A DNA stretch of 63,966 nucleotides, counting the filler, from Malassezia furfur (Eukaryota): the NCBI GenBank assembly GCA_052055015.1. It is 4 parts of 4 records of this genome, joined end to end, with 100 filler letters (N's around TTAATTAATTAA, not from the genome) between each part and the next. Parts side by side here need not be neighbours in the genome. Positions count along the whole stretch, not along the records: positions 35,853 to 53,580 come from JBQJIT010000216.1; positions 53,681 to 63,966 come from JBQJIT010000396.1; 2 more parts are not named here. One strand, given 5' to 3'. Shown here piece after piece: positions 49,268 through 59,113 of the stretch; positions within the stretch are counted from its first letter, which is position 1, and every line of letters begins with the position of its first letter. The notes beneath the pieces were generated by a model. The model saw nothing but the letters and a program-made list of their open reading frames with translations, was not told the origin of the DNA and did no database searches. A program made the translations under genes and the position numbers.

Positions 49268-50371
49268 ATGCCACAAGCTACGCTGGAGTTTCCGCCGGCG
49301 TACACGGTCGGTAAGCGCGCGACTAACCGCAGTGGGTGTGTATCGCCTGTTCCATGATCCAAAACTCTGGCGCTCAATCTGGGAGGCTAGTCGACATGCT
49401 GTGGTGCGCGCCGGGATAGTTGCGGGCGCTTGGGTACGTTATGAGCGGCGCTCATGCAGGTGGCTTTCACGTTTCCTTTCCAAGGCTTCTTGTCGTCACT
49501 GTTTGTGGGCCGTATCGGCACTGCAGTGGGTGCAGAACAGTATGTTGTGCATGCTGATTTAGTGCGTACAATTTCTTGGCTGGATATGCGCGGTCCATGC
49601 ATATCCCCATGCTGTCTTTCCAAGGTACGTGTGAATGCTCATGTAGCACTGGCAAAGCTGCTTTTTATCCTGAACCAGGTCAGCTTCGTACTTGAGACGA
49701 ACCTCAAAAAGCAACTGCATCACTTTCGGCGTACGGCGTATGCCGACACGGTGGCCTCGCGCGGTAAGCCCGCCGACTGGTGGACCCCGTATACGGAAGA
49801 GTGGCAGAAGCCGCCCGTACCCCAGTCGTCGCATGCAGCGCGGCGCGGCTTGAGTGAGCGGCTGAAGCAGGGAGTGATTCGCTGGGTGACGCGCAAGGTG
49901 CTCATGATCTTTACGACCTCGATCCCTCTGTTTGGTGTGGTGGTGTATGCCGGTTTTTCGGCGCTGGACTATGCGACAATGTTGCAGTCTCCCTTGTTCG
50001 AGGCCAAGCACATGACACCACAGCAGGTTGAGGTGTGGGTAGAGGAGCGGCGCACGTCGTACTGGCTTTTCGGATTCTTTGCAATGTTGCTGGAGCGTGT
50101 GCCGCTCTTGGGTATGGCCTTTTCCATCTCGAACCGGATTGGCGCGGCGATGTGGGCGCACGACCTGGAGAAGCGGCAGCAACGCTTCCGAACCGGCGAG
50201 CTCCACCCACTCAGCGAGCTCGACACGAAACGGGCGCCGCACATCCCCGAAGATGGGCAACCGGGTAGCTACGGTCATCCTGCGCGTGCCGACGTCGATC
50301 TGCCCGGCGACTTTATGGCGCGGCCAAGCGGTTTGTCGACGGCGACAAGCCGCACTGCATCGCATACATAA
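49268..50371 (+). CDS. EI24/Rrt8(Lds)-like multi-pass membrane protein
   Basis: FPPAYTV|VGVYRLFHDP, DTVASRGK, YWLFGFFAMLLERVPLLGMAFSISNRIGAAMWAHDLEKRQ; four short introns. Confidence 0.72.
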
Positions 50372-50382
50372 TGTAGAGGTAT

Positions 50383-51462
50383 CTATTCCGCGCGCTGTGC
50401 ACGCAATTTTCGACGCGCCGCGCGCTCCTCCTGGTGCTGCGCATGCTCGTGGTCGAGCTGAAGTTGCGCCAGCTGCGCCCACTCGATGGGGTCCTCGGTC
50501 TGATTCATACGTTCAGGTATGTCCTCAGGCGGAGGCCCGTTCCATCCGCTTGGCTCGGGACCCGATGCGACGGCGGGCACATAGCGCGACAGGGTGCCGC
50601 CGCGTCCCAGACGCGGCATGTGTTCGTGCATCCAGTCTGCAAACTCCTCGACCGTGGAGATGTTGAGCGCTTGCCGCACGGCAAACACCACGGCAAGCGA
50701 AACGCCGCCGACAAGTGCGGTCGCAAGCGAAAATGCGCCGAACGCGAGCAGCGGCCCGTCGTTCCTCGCGCCTGCCTGGGCTGCTGCCGGGGCGACGCCG
50801 GGCGGCAGCGTCTGCGGCGTCTTGTGCAGGACGCCGATCCCATGGTTGTTCGATGCCGTGCGCAGCCCGACGGCATGGGGTGCAGATGAAGCAGGTGCAT
50901 CCGTTGCCGGCGTGCTTGACGCGGGCGAGCGAGCGGCGCGCAAGGCACGAATGCCGCCCGATGCTGACGTCGGTGCTGAAGGCGGCGACGAGCGGAACGC
51001 GGAAAAGATGGCTGCGTTCATTTCGCGAAAGATGGCCAGTGGCCCTTGCTTTGCGGCATCGGCGAGCGGTGCTGGCGCCTCCGCTTCGTCCGCGGCGGGC
51101 GCCGACGTCGCTGGGGCGCTTGGCGCCGGTGCCGACGCTGCCTGGCGCTGTGTACGCACGTCGACCACACGCGGGCCCGATGGGCGGGAGGCCGGCGTAA
51201 ATACCGGTGCATGTGAGGCCTGTGCAGCGTGTGCGTGCACAGCCGCGTCCGTGTGCACGCGCGCTGATGGCGCAAGCGGTGCGACGGCGTCCATCGCTGG
51301 CTTGCGACGCAGGGTGTAGGCCATGGCGCCGGCCATCCCCCCCACGAATGTAACCGCAGCCAATGCCACCACATGTTTCTTGTCCATCGCGAGGCGCTGC
51401 GCTGCGGCCTCGATGGGTGCGCGGTGCGCGTCGTCCGCGCGCTCGGCGCTGTCTTCGCGCAT
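50383..51462 (-). CDS. Two-TM membrane protein, Aim11/TMEM242-like
   Basis: TM1 VVALAAVTFVGGMAGAMAY, Ala/Pro-rich linker, TM2 LLAFGAFSLATALVGGVSLAVVFAV followed by ISTVEEFADWM. Confidence 0.55.
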   Translation of the reverse strand: MREDSAERADDAHRAPIEAAAQRLAMDKKHVVALAAVTFVGGMAGAMAYTLRRKPAMDAVAPLAPSARVHTDAAVHAHAAQASHAPVFTPASRPSGPRVVDVRTQRQAASAPAPSAPATSAPAADEAEAPAPLADAAKQGPLAIFREMNAAIFSAFRSSPPSAPTSASGGIRALRAARSPASSTPATDAPASSAPHAVGLRTASNNHGIGVLHKTPQTLPPGVAPAAAQAGARNDGPLLAFGAFSLATALVGGVSLAVVFAVRQALNISTVEEFADWMHEHMPRLGRGGTLSRYVPAVASGPEPSGWNGPPPEDIPERMNQTEDPIEWAQLAQLQLDHEHAQHQEERAARRKLRAQRAE

Positions 51463-51529
51463 GGTGGAGGTGCAGCGGCGGCGAATGCGAGGGGGAGAGG
51501 GAGGTGGAGGTACGTATACTATACAAAGG

Positions 51530-53580
51530 CTACCCACGCACGAGGCGGTCCGGCAGCGGCCCGTACCCGTCGCGCGGTGCGAGCTTTTCGTCGGCTTCGT
51601 TGTAGTTGCACAGCTCGGTGGACTCGAGGAAGAGTTCATCGCGCAGCACATCCGTCCAGATGCCGAGGCGCGACGGCAGTGCACGCGCGGCCGCTACGCC
51701 GAGCGCTAAGAGGAGCACAGCGGCGTTGGCGAAACGCAGGATGCGTTGCTGCACGTCGGCGGGCGCACCAAGCTGCCCCCCCAGCACGAGCATCGCGGTC
51801 GCAACGAGGTACGGCGCGACGAGGGCGAGGAGGAGCGTGGCGATCATCGGGAGCAGGGCGTAGCGCGTCGCGTGCGCAACGTGGATGCGCCAGATGCGCC
51901 CGTGGTGCAAGAAATCGTACGCATCCCAGAGCATGGGGTAGTCGTCTGGGAACACCATGAGGATTGCGAGCAGCGCGCAGTTCATCGCGACGACACCGAG
52001 CGCCCATGCGTGGAAGACGTTGAGCTGTGGCACGCCGTCGATCGTGCGCTGCGTCGGCACAATGTACTGGTGCGCCACGAGCCCCACGAGGAAGGGGATG
52101 AGCGTGCCAAACGTCAGAAGGACGTACGCGGCGCGCGCGGCGACCGCTGCGCCCTTCGCCCAGCGGCGCTCGCCCGGCAGGCGGAGCTGGGCAGCGCAGT
52201 GGCGCACCAACGTCGCCGCGACGAGCGCCACGAGGCCGAGCACGACGGCATACACGTCGTGCATCCCGCGGCGCCCGCACAGCGCCGCGATCGTGCGGCC
52301 GAGGACGAGCGGCGTGACAAATGCCGCCACGCCAACGACCGCGCACGACAGCCAGAGCATGACGATCAGTGCAACGATGCGGCCGTGCAGGTGCGGGGGG
52401 AGGTATACGATGGTGTATGCGGCGCGCTCCTTCATCTGCACAATGGCGCGCTGCTGTGCCTCGAATGCAGCCTGCGCCGCGGCGTCGATGGGGATGCCCG
52501 CGGCGTTTGTCGGGATGATCAGCTGCGCGTCTGGCGCGGGGTGGTCGTCCGCCGGGACACGCGCATATCCGCCGTTGTGCACAAAGTGCGGGTCGTGCTC
52601 GGGGTGCGTGCGCGGCACCACAAAGTGGCGCGCGCGGTCGAGCCACGTGGCAGGGACGAAGCCGCGCTCGCCCGGCTGCTCGTCGCCCATCAGGAAAGCG
52701 GAGAGGCGCAAGCGCTTGGACGCCGCAATCCACCACGCGCGGAAGGCGCGGTGTGCGTGGTGCGCGAGGCGCGTGCGCTTCACTGCGAGGCGCAAGCCAA
52801 AGTGCACGAGGAGCAGGTCGATCGGCACGTGGAGCACCGGGCGCTGCGGGTGCCAGTGGAGCGGCAGCACGCCGGGCAGCGCGGCGCACGCCGCACGCAG
52901 GCCGAGACCGATGACCAGCACGAGCACCGCGCCGTACATCAGCACCGAGTCCCAGATGCGCCGCAGCTGCAGCGGCGTGCGGGTCTCGACGATCTCGCGG
53001 ATCGGGTGGTAATCGGGATCGGCGGCGTCGCGCATCCAGCACATCACACCGGGACGCACGACGGAGCGGATGGCGCTGAGGAACTGCGCAAAGTGGAACA
53101 TGTACACCGTGCCCGACGTCCAGCGCGTAAAGACGAACGTGAACGGCGCGGCACAGGCGTCGCCCGCCAGCATGCGGAACGACGCGCCGGGGAACAGCGG
53201 GAACAGGCACCACTCGAGCAGCACGCCGCAAAACAGCGGGAAGAGCACGAGGTCGATCACCGAAAAGGCAAACACCTTTGCCACGAGCAGGTACTGCTTC
53301 AGCACGTGCTTCGCCCACGGCATCGGCACGCCGTGCACCAGCGCCCCGCCGTACGCCTCGGCGGCGAGCAGCAGCAGCGCATACGCATGGCCAAGCACAA
53401 CGCACAGCACGCGCTCCCACACAGCGACGCCGCGCGTGTGCGCCTGCAGACCAAGCGCCAGCTGAATGCCGCGTGCGACGAGCGCCTGCACGTACCGAGC
53501 GGCCGGCGCAACGTACGCCGCACGCACGCCGAGCGCCGGCGCATCGAACGCCGCGGCCGGTGCAGCGGCCGGCACGGCGC
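51530..53580 (-). CDS. SSM4: ERAD E3 ubiquitin ligase Doa10/MARCH6, C-terminal part (5'-truncated by the gap)
   Basis: TD domain KVFAFSVIDLVLFPLFCGVLL..WTSGTVYMFHFA..VRPGVMCWMRDAADPDYHPIREI; RLSAFLMG; C-terminal element LRDELFLESTELCNY. Confidence 0.88.
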
Positions 53581-53680
53581 NNNNNNNNNNNNNNNNNNNN
53601 NNNNNNNNNNNNNNNNNNNNNNNNTTAATTAATTAANNNNNNNNNNNNNNNNNNNNNNNNNNNNNNNNNNNNNNNNNNNN
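53581..53680. other. Assembly gap with artificial all-frame stop linker
   Basis: N-run flanking TTAATTAATTAA. Confidence 0.97.
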
Positions 53681-55425
53681 GCCGCGACGAGGCGCCGCGC
53701 CAGCGCGCCGGACGCGCGCAGCGCCTCGAGCGCCGTGCGGTGGTGCTTGGCGCGCAGCGCGGTGACGAACACCGACGCGACGTACGGCACCTCGGCGGCG
53801 AGCGGCGTGGGCGCCGCGGCCGCGAGCTCGCTCAAAAGCACGACGCACGCCAGCGTCCGGTTGCGGTCGTGCAGCGCGGCGTCGCGGCTGCCGGACAGCA
53901 CGCGGCGCACCGCGGCAAGGATCGTCGCGCAGTGCGGCGCGACCGCCGAGCCGAACGTCGCCGCGAGCTGCGTGAGGGTGTCGAGCGCGGCGATCTGCGC
54001 GGCCGCCGAGCCGGTGCCCGCCTGCTTGCACAGCGACGGCACCGCGTAGGGGAGCAGGTCGTGCAGCGGCACGCCGCCATCCACCGCGTCGCGCTTGCGC
54101 TTGTATACGCCGACGTCCGGCTCGCGCGTCATGCGCTCGAGCAGCAGCGAAAAGGTGCTCAGCACCTCGAGGCGCACGCCCTCCTCGCGCTCGCCAAAGC
54201 GCGCGACGAGCGCGCGCGCGATGGTGTACGCCATGGGGCGCACCGCGTCCAGGTGCGCCGTGCACAGCCCCGCCAGCAGCTTGGCGGACGCGCGGCGCAC
54301 CTTCCACGAGACGTCGTCGTCGTCCGTGTACGCGTCGTCCAGTAGGTTCTCGTCGTCCTCCTCCTCTTCTTCCTCGTCGCTGTAGTCGGCCGCGTTCGGG
54401 TCGTACTTGAGCAGGCCGAGCGTCGGCTCCACCACCGCGCCCACGTCCAGCGTGCCGGGCTCGATCGCGTACACCACGAGCGCCGACAGCGTCTGCAGGC
54501 ACGCCTCCAGGAAGTCGTCGCGCTCCGCCTCATCGAGCGCCGTGCCGCTCGCCATGATGCGCAGCAGCTCCTCGGCGCGCGCCGCCGCGACGGGGCGCAG
54601 GCGCAGCGGCGTCTCGCGCGCCAGCACGCCGAGCAGCTGGATCGCCGTGCGCGCCGCCGGCACGGACGAGGACGTGAGCGCCGCCGTGCCGCGCTGCAGG
54701 AGCTCATCGTAGGCCGCCGGCGTGCACTCCACGCCGAGCATGCCGAGGCCCTGGATCGCGCGCTTCGACACCGCCGCGCTCTCGGGCAGCAGGCCCAGCA
54801 GCGCGTCGAGCACGGGCTGCTGCAGGTCGGGCTGCTGCACAAGGATCAGCGTAAAGTGCGAGAGCACGTCGAGCAGCGCGTCCAGCGCATGCATCTTCTC
54901 CGCATGGCCCACCGCCGCGGTCGTCAGCTGCTCCACCAGCACGGGCACCAGCATCGTCACGGCCACCTGGCTCAGTGCGGCGTCCGACGCAATCTCGTTC
55001 ATCAGCGTGCGCAAGGCTGCATGAGCGCACCACGTACCAAGCGACCCAATATCGCGGCTCTCTTCGTCCTGGACGCGCACAAGCGCCCCCAGGCTGGACA
55101 CAATCGTGTGGAAATTCGCCGGGCGCACGCGCGTCGACAGCGTGCCGAGCCTGCGTAAGTCGTCCCACGCACGTCTTCACCGCGAGGTTCTTCACCTCCG
55201 AATTCTTGTCCACGACCAGCTCCAGCACCTGCTTGACCACCGCCGACTCGACGCTCTCTTCCAGGGGCTGGTACCGGTAGGACTCCTGCGCGAGGCTCGC
55301 AGAGACGTCCATCAGCGCCATATACCGGAAGTCGGCGTCGGGCGACTTCATCTGGGCATGTAAGCACACGCTGCCGCACACACCTTGTCAAGCAGCGCTA
55401 CCATCGTAGTGCGATTCGCGCCCAT
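53681..55425 (-). CDS. CAND1: Cullin-associated NEDD8-dissociated protein 1, N-terminal part
   Basis: LLDK|MKSPDADFRYMALMD, DKNSEVKNLAVK, LKYDPN..acidic tract..DDDDVSWKVRRASAK, RFGEREEGVR; HEAT repeats; short introns. Confidence 0.92.
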
Positions 55426-55537
55426 CGTGCTCGTGGTGCACCCCGCGCGCGATCGAAGCCGAAATTCGGACAGGGGTACTCCACATCGCGCGTCGTGCCC
55501 GTGGGTGGCCCATGCATGGGTCGCGTGCTACGGAGGT

Positions 55538-57147
55538 CTATGTAGCACCCGAACGGCGCCGCTTGGCCTGCTTCGCTTTCGGCTTCTCCTCCGCATCGCT
55601 CGCATCGCCGTCGTCCTTCTCGTCGCGGGCAATGGCCATGTTCGCCCACACTTCCTCCTCCTCGGCCTCCTCGGCCTTCTTCTCGGACGGCACCTGCACC
55701 GACAGCTGGTCCGAGGCCATCGAGATCACATTCTCCAGGCCCGTAAAGTAGGAGCACAGCTCTTTACCACGCCGGCGCTGGCCATTGCCGTACGGCGTGC
55801 CGATATCAAACAGCCGCACAAGGCGGTCCAGCGACGAACCCAGCAGCAGCGTCTTCAGGGGCTCTTCGTCCCGTTGCACGTGCAGGACAAGTAGACTGGA
55901 GATAGTGCCGGTAATGTCTGGTGTCAGCCACAAGAACAACGTACCTTTGTACTGGAAGAGCAGCCGGCCCGTCTTGGCGTCAATCGCATACAGGTTCCGC
56001 GCCGAGTCGCCAGCAAACAAAATCGAGTCCGAGCGCGCGAGCTTCAGCACACGCAGCGCGCCTTGGTTCTTGGGCGCGACCTGCCATTCATGCACGTGCT
56101 TCGGCTTCTTCTTGCTCGGCTCGTACACACGAACGATACCGTCCTTGGTGCCCACGGCAACCGCCGCATCCAGCGCACTCAGTTCGTCCTCCGATACCTC
56201 CGCTTCCGATGCCGAGTTGCGGGGCAGGAAAACCACAGAGCGGATCAGGGGGTGCCTTGCGAGCGAAAGTGCATCGTTGGGCAGGTTTTTTGCACGCCAA
56301 AGCTCACCAGGGAGCAAGTCTCGCTGCTTGCCCGTCTGCGACGAAGCACGGCGCTTCTTACCAGCCGCGGCCTGGGCATCCTGGTCATCGTCCTCGGCTG
56401 GTTTCTTAGCAGATGTCTCTGCTGGCTCACTGTCTCGCTCCAGCGTCTTCCGCAGACTCCACAGAGAGAGGGGCACTTGCTCGCCGCCGTAGGCAAAATA
56501 CCGCGGCTTGTTGGTGTCAGGGTAGAAAGCCACCTGGTGCAAGGGGCTTGGAACAGTCCACTTCACAGCAAGACTGTCAAGCTGTTCTTCCGTAGCATCG
56601 CGCAAAAGGGTTGCACCTTCTTTCGGTTCAGCATCATGGCCCTTCGCCTCGAGAGAAAAGCTGGAGAGCGGGGTATAACGGAAGGCACCACCGGATGTAC
56701 AGCTGAGGACGCCTCTGCACTGTTAGTATGCTTCGTTCGGTTAAGTACGCACTCTTCTGTAATCTTCAAGCCGACCCAACGTTCTACTCCCACACGCATC
56801 CGCTCTTCACGAATGGAGCAGAGGAGTTCCGCAGTATAGTGGGCCTTGCCATTACCCTCCATTGCAGGGACAGAGATCAAGTCTACAACCCCACTCTTCC
56901 GTGCCATAGCCAGCTAACCTGTGAGCTTGGTGCACGAGCACAAACATACCACGGAGACAGTTGTACCATCAGCTTGAGCAAGCGAGCCGTACACCAATTC
57001 TTGGCAAGCAACGGCAGGCCCATATTGCCAACCTTGCACATCGACCGGCTCGTATGATTTAGGATTCGTATGGAGCACTTTGAGGCGTCCGGTAGAGTCT
57101 CCAGCATACACGCCGACGCCAGGGACGTCTTCCGGAACTTCTGCCAT
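55538..57147 (-). CDS. NSA1: Pre-60S WD40 ribosome biogenesis factor Nsa1/WDR74
   Basis: VYAGDSTGRLK, FAYGGEQVPLSLW, LWRAKNLPNDALSL, GTKDGIVRVYE, SSLDRLVRLFD, EEVWANM; several short introns. Confidence 0.8.
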
Positions 57148-57209
57148 CGTTTCTCAACGTGGAGGTTTGAAATGACGCAATACCGTCTTTGACGGACACC
57201 ATCTGCAAC

Positions 57210-57700
57210 ATTATCCATTTCACCATTTAAATAAAACCATAATGAATCAATTTTAAAACTATTTATACCATAAGTACTGATTTACTTAAGTTAATTACAA
57301 AGAAACAAACAAGATATAAAACAATATTTATTTTTAAATATAAATTACGATTATAAAATTAATTCATAATAGGACAACACATCATATTATTTACAATATA
57401 TTAAAGAAGATATTTATTGGTGTTATTATTTATTTAGAATATTATTTCTAATTATATTCTATAAATATATAAACCAATTTATTATTTCACAGAAACATTT
57501 AATAGTGGCATTATATTTATTTATGTATATTGCGGGATATTAATTAAATTTAAATTGTCTGTTCAATATTTTATTTTGGTTTATAAAATTAGTGAGGCAG
57601 AAGCTATTTCTTTCTCAAAAGTTCTTAATAGTGTAATAGTTGAGAAACATTTATTGATTTCGTATCCATTGAATTTGCTACATTTACTTATTCTTTTTTG
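57210..57700. other. AT-rich island; putative short regional centromere core
   Basis: Hand count of 76 G+C in 420 nt (57241-57660), about 18% GC against a 60-70% background; intergenic; the only such island in the window. Confidence 0.78.
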
Positions 57701-59008
57701 TCGTTGTTCAAGTCGACCGATTCTTCGAGGCCGTGGTCGGAATCGGCCGACGGAGCCTCGGCTTCGGTGTCCTTGCTCTGAGGTGGAGGCGGAGGCACCG
57801 ACTTGGTTTGATTGAGCTTGGGGTGCTTTGGTGGAGGAGGCAAGTTCCGGACTTGCTCTCGCTGCTTGCGTTCGTAGTCTTCGTCAACTTCATCCTTGAA
57901 GCCAGCCTGCTCCATGGCTTCGAGCTGCTCTGGCGTCGGGGGGAGCTGAAGCCGTTCGCCTTCCTGCAGGACGCCCATGCCCCCCTCCATCAGGGCACTC
58001 GTATCGGGTCCCCGAGGTAGGTCGCTCGGCTTGAAGGTCTCGAGCACACCGCCCTGGGCAACACCGGTCTCGGCCTCAAGCAGTGCCTGGCGCAAAGGCT
58101 CGATGCTAGGCGGTGCCTTGGCCCTCCCTTCGAGAATGTCACGGGCCTTGATACCGGGCCAGTAGTAGAACCGCTCGTTCTCATCGAAGCGATCCAGGAA
58201 GACCTGGCCAGACAGCTCGATGCCAGCATAGAACCCGCGCGAGTTGACGTAGGAGTACAACGGCGCCGGTTTCTTTTTGATGTCGAGCTGGCCCATGTAC
58301 GCCGCGCCCAGAGGACCGGACGAAATGTGCGTGTCTGCAGTGAGCGAAAACTTGTGCGTCTTGAAGGATTCGAGCATTTCGTCCGTGTTGATGATGAGGA
58401 TGATCTGTGTGAGTGGTGAGACGTACATCCACCAAGTCCAGGCCGAGAACGAAGCCCGCCGAGTAGTAGTTCGGCAGGATGGCCGAGGGCGGCGACCAAG
58501 AGCCGTCTGGGAGGCGCCCGAGGAGTAGGCCTGAGCCGTTCATCCCACCGAACGGCGCAAGCGCCGTCTTCATACTCGAGTAGATACAGATGCCTTTGGC
58601 ATCGCGGATCACTTGCGGAGGGATTTTTTTGCTGGGTGAGTTGCTGATACGTACATGACCTTGGGTGGATTCGCCTTCCACTTTTTTTTGGTCTCCTCGT
58701 CCTTCGGTTCCTCCTTGACCTGGAGACCCTCTGCGGTGAAGGAACGCAGAATGCGCACGCATTTCTCGATTTCTAACGGAAAGTCGTTCGAGGAGGGCCA
58801 GAAGCGCTCGCCGCCGAGTCCTGGGTGAGTGGGGATGCGTACGGTTGGACCCTGCGTTGGCGTATCCGGCCATCCAGTCCGAGATCGCGATGCCCTTTTG
58901 CATGGCCGAATTGGTGAACGACTTCCAGCGCGACGGGCGCTTTTCCTCGCGCGCCGGAACGGCGCTTGCCTCGGCGGTGCGCTGCGGGGGGGGCTCCACT
59001 GGGGCCAT
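57688..59008 (-). CDS. SYLF/Ysc84-domain protein, paralog 2
   Basis: GERFWPSSNDFPLEIEKCVRILRSF, KIPPQVIRDAKGICIY, GSGLLLGRLPDGSWSPPSAI, LYSYVNSRGFYAGIELSG, RFDENERFYYW; three short introns. Confidence 0.82.
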
Positions 59009-59113
59009 CGTTGCGCTCTGGACACCCAGCGTATGCCCGATCGCGCGTCTCGTGACTCATCGGGCACGACGCGACACGCGCGGCGGAGCAAAATACACGT
59101 CTCCACACACCGC

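Noticed and set aside
22748..55425. Ubiquitin-proteasome gene cluster (APC11, DSK2, PRE7, DOA10, CAND1)
   Set aside because: The genes are interspersed with unrelated ones and span assembly gaps; a large functional class, so co-occurrence is plausibly chance.
57210..57700. AT island as NUMT, transposon relic or horizontally transferred DNA
   Set aside because: No mitochondrial gene or tRNA fragment, terminal repeats or target duplication recognised. Disfavoured but not excluded without BLAST.
57555..57815. 86-aa ORF in the AT island
   Set aside because: Non-ATG start, composition unlike host genes, and antisense overlap with the SYLF gene.
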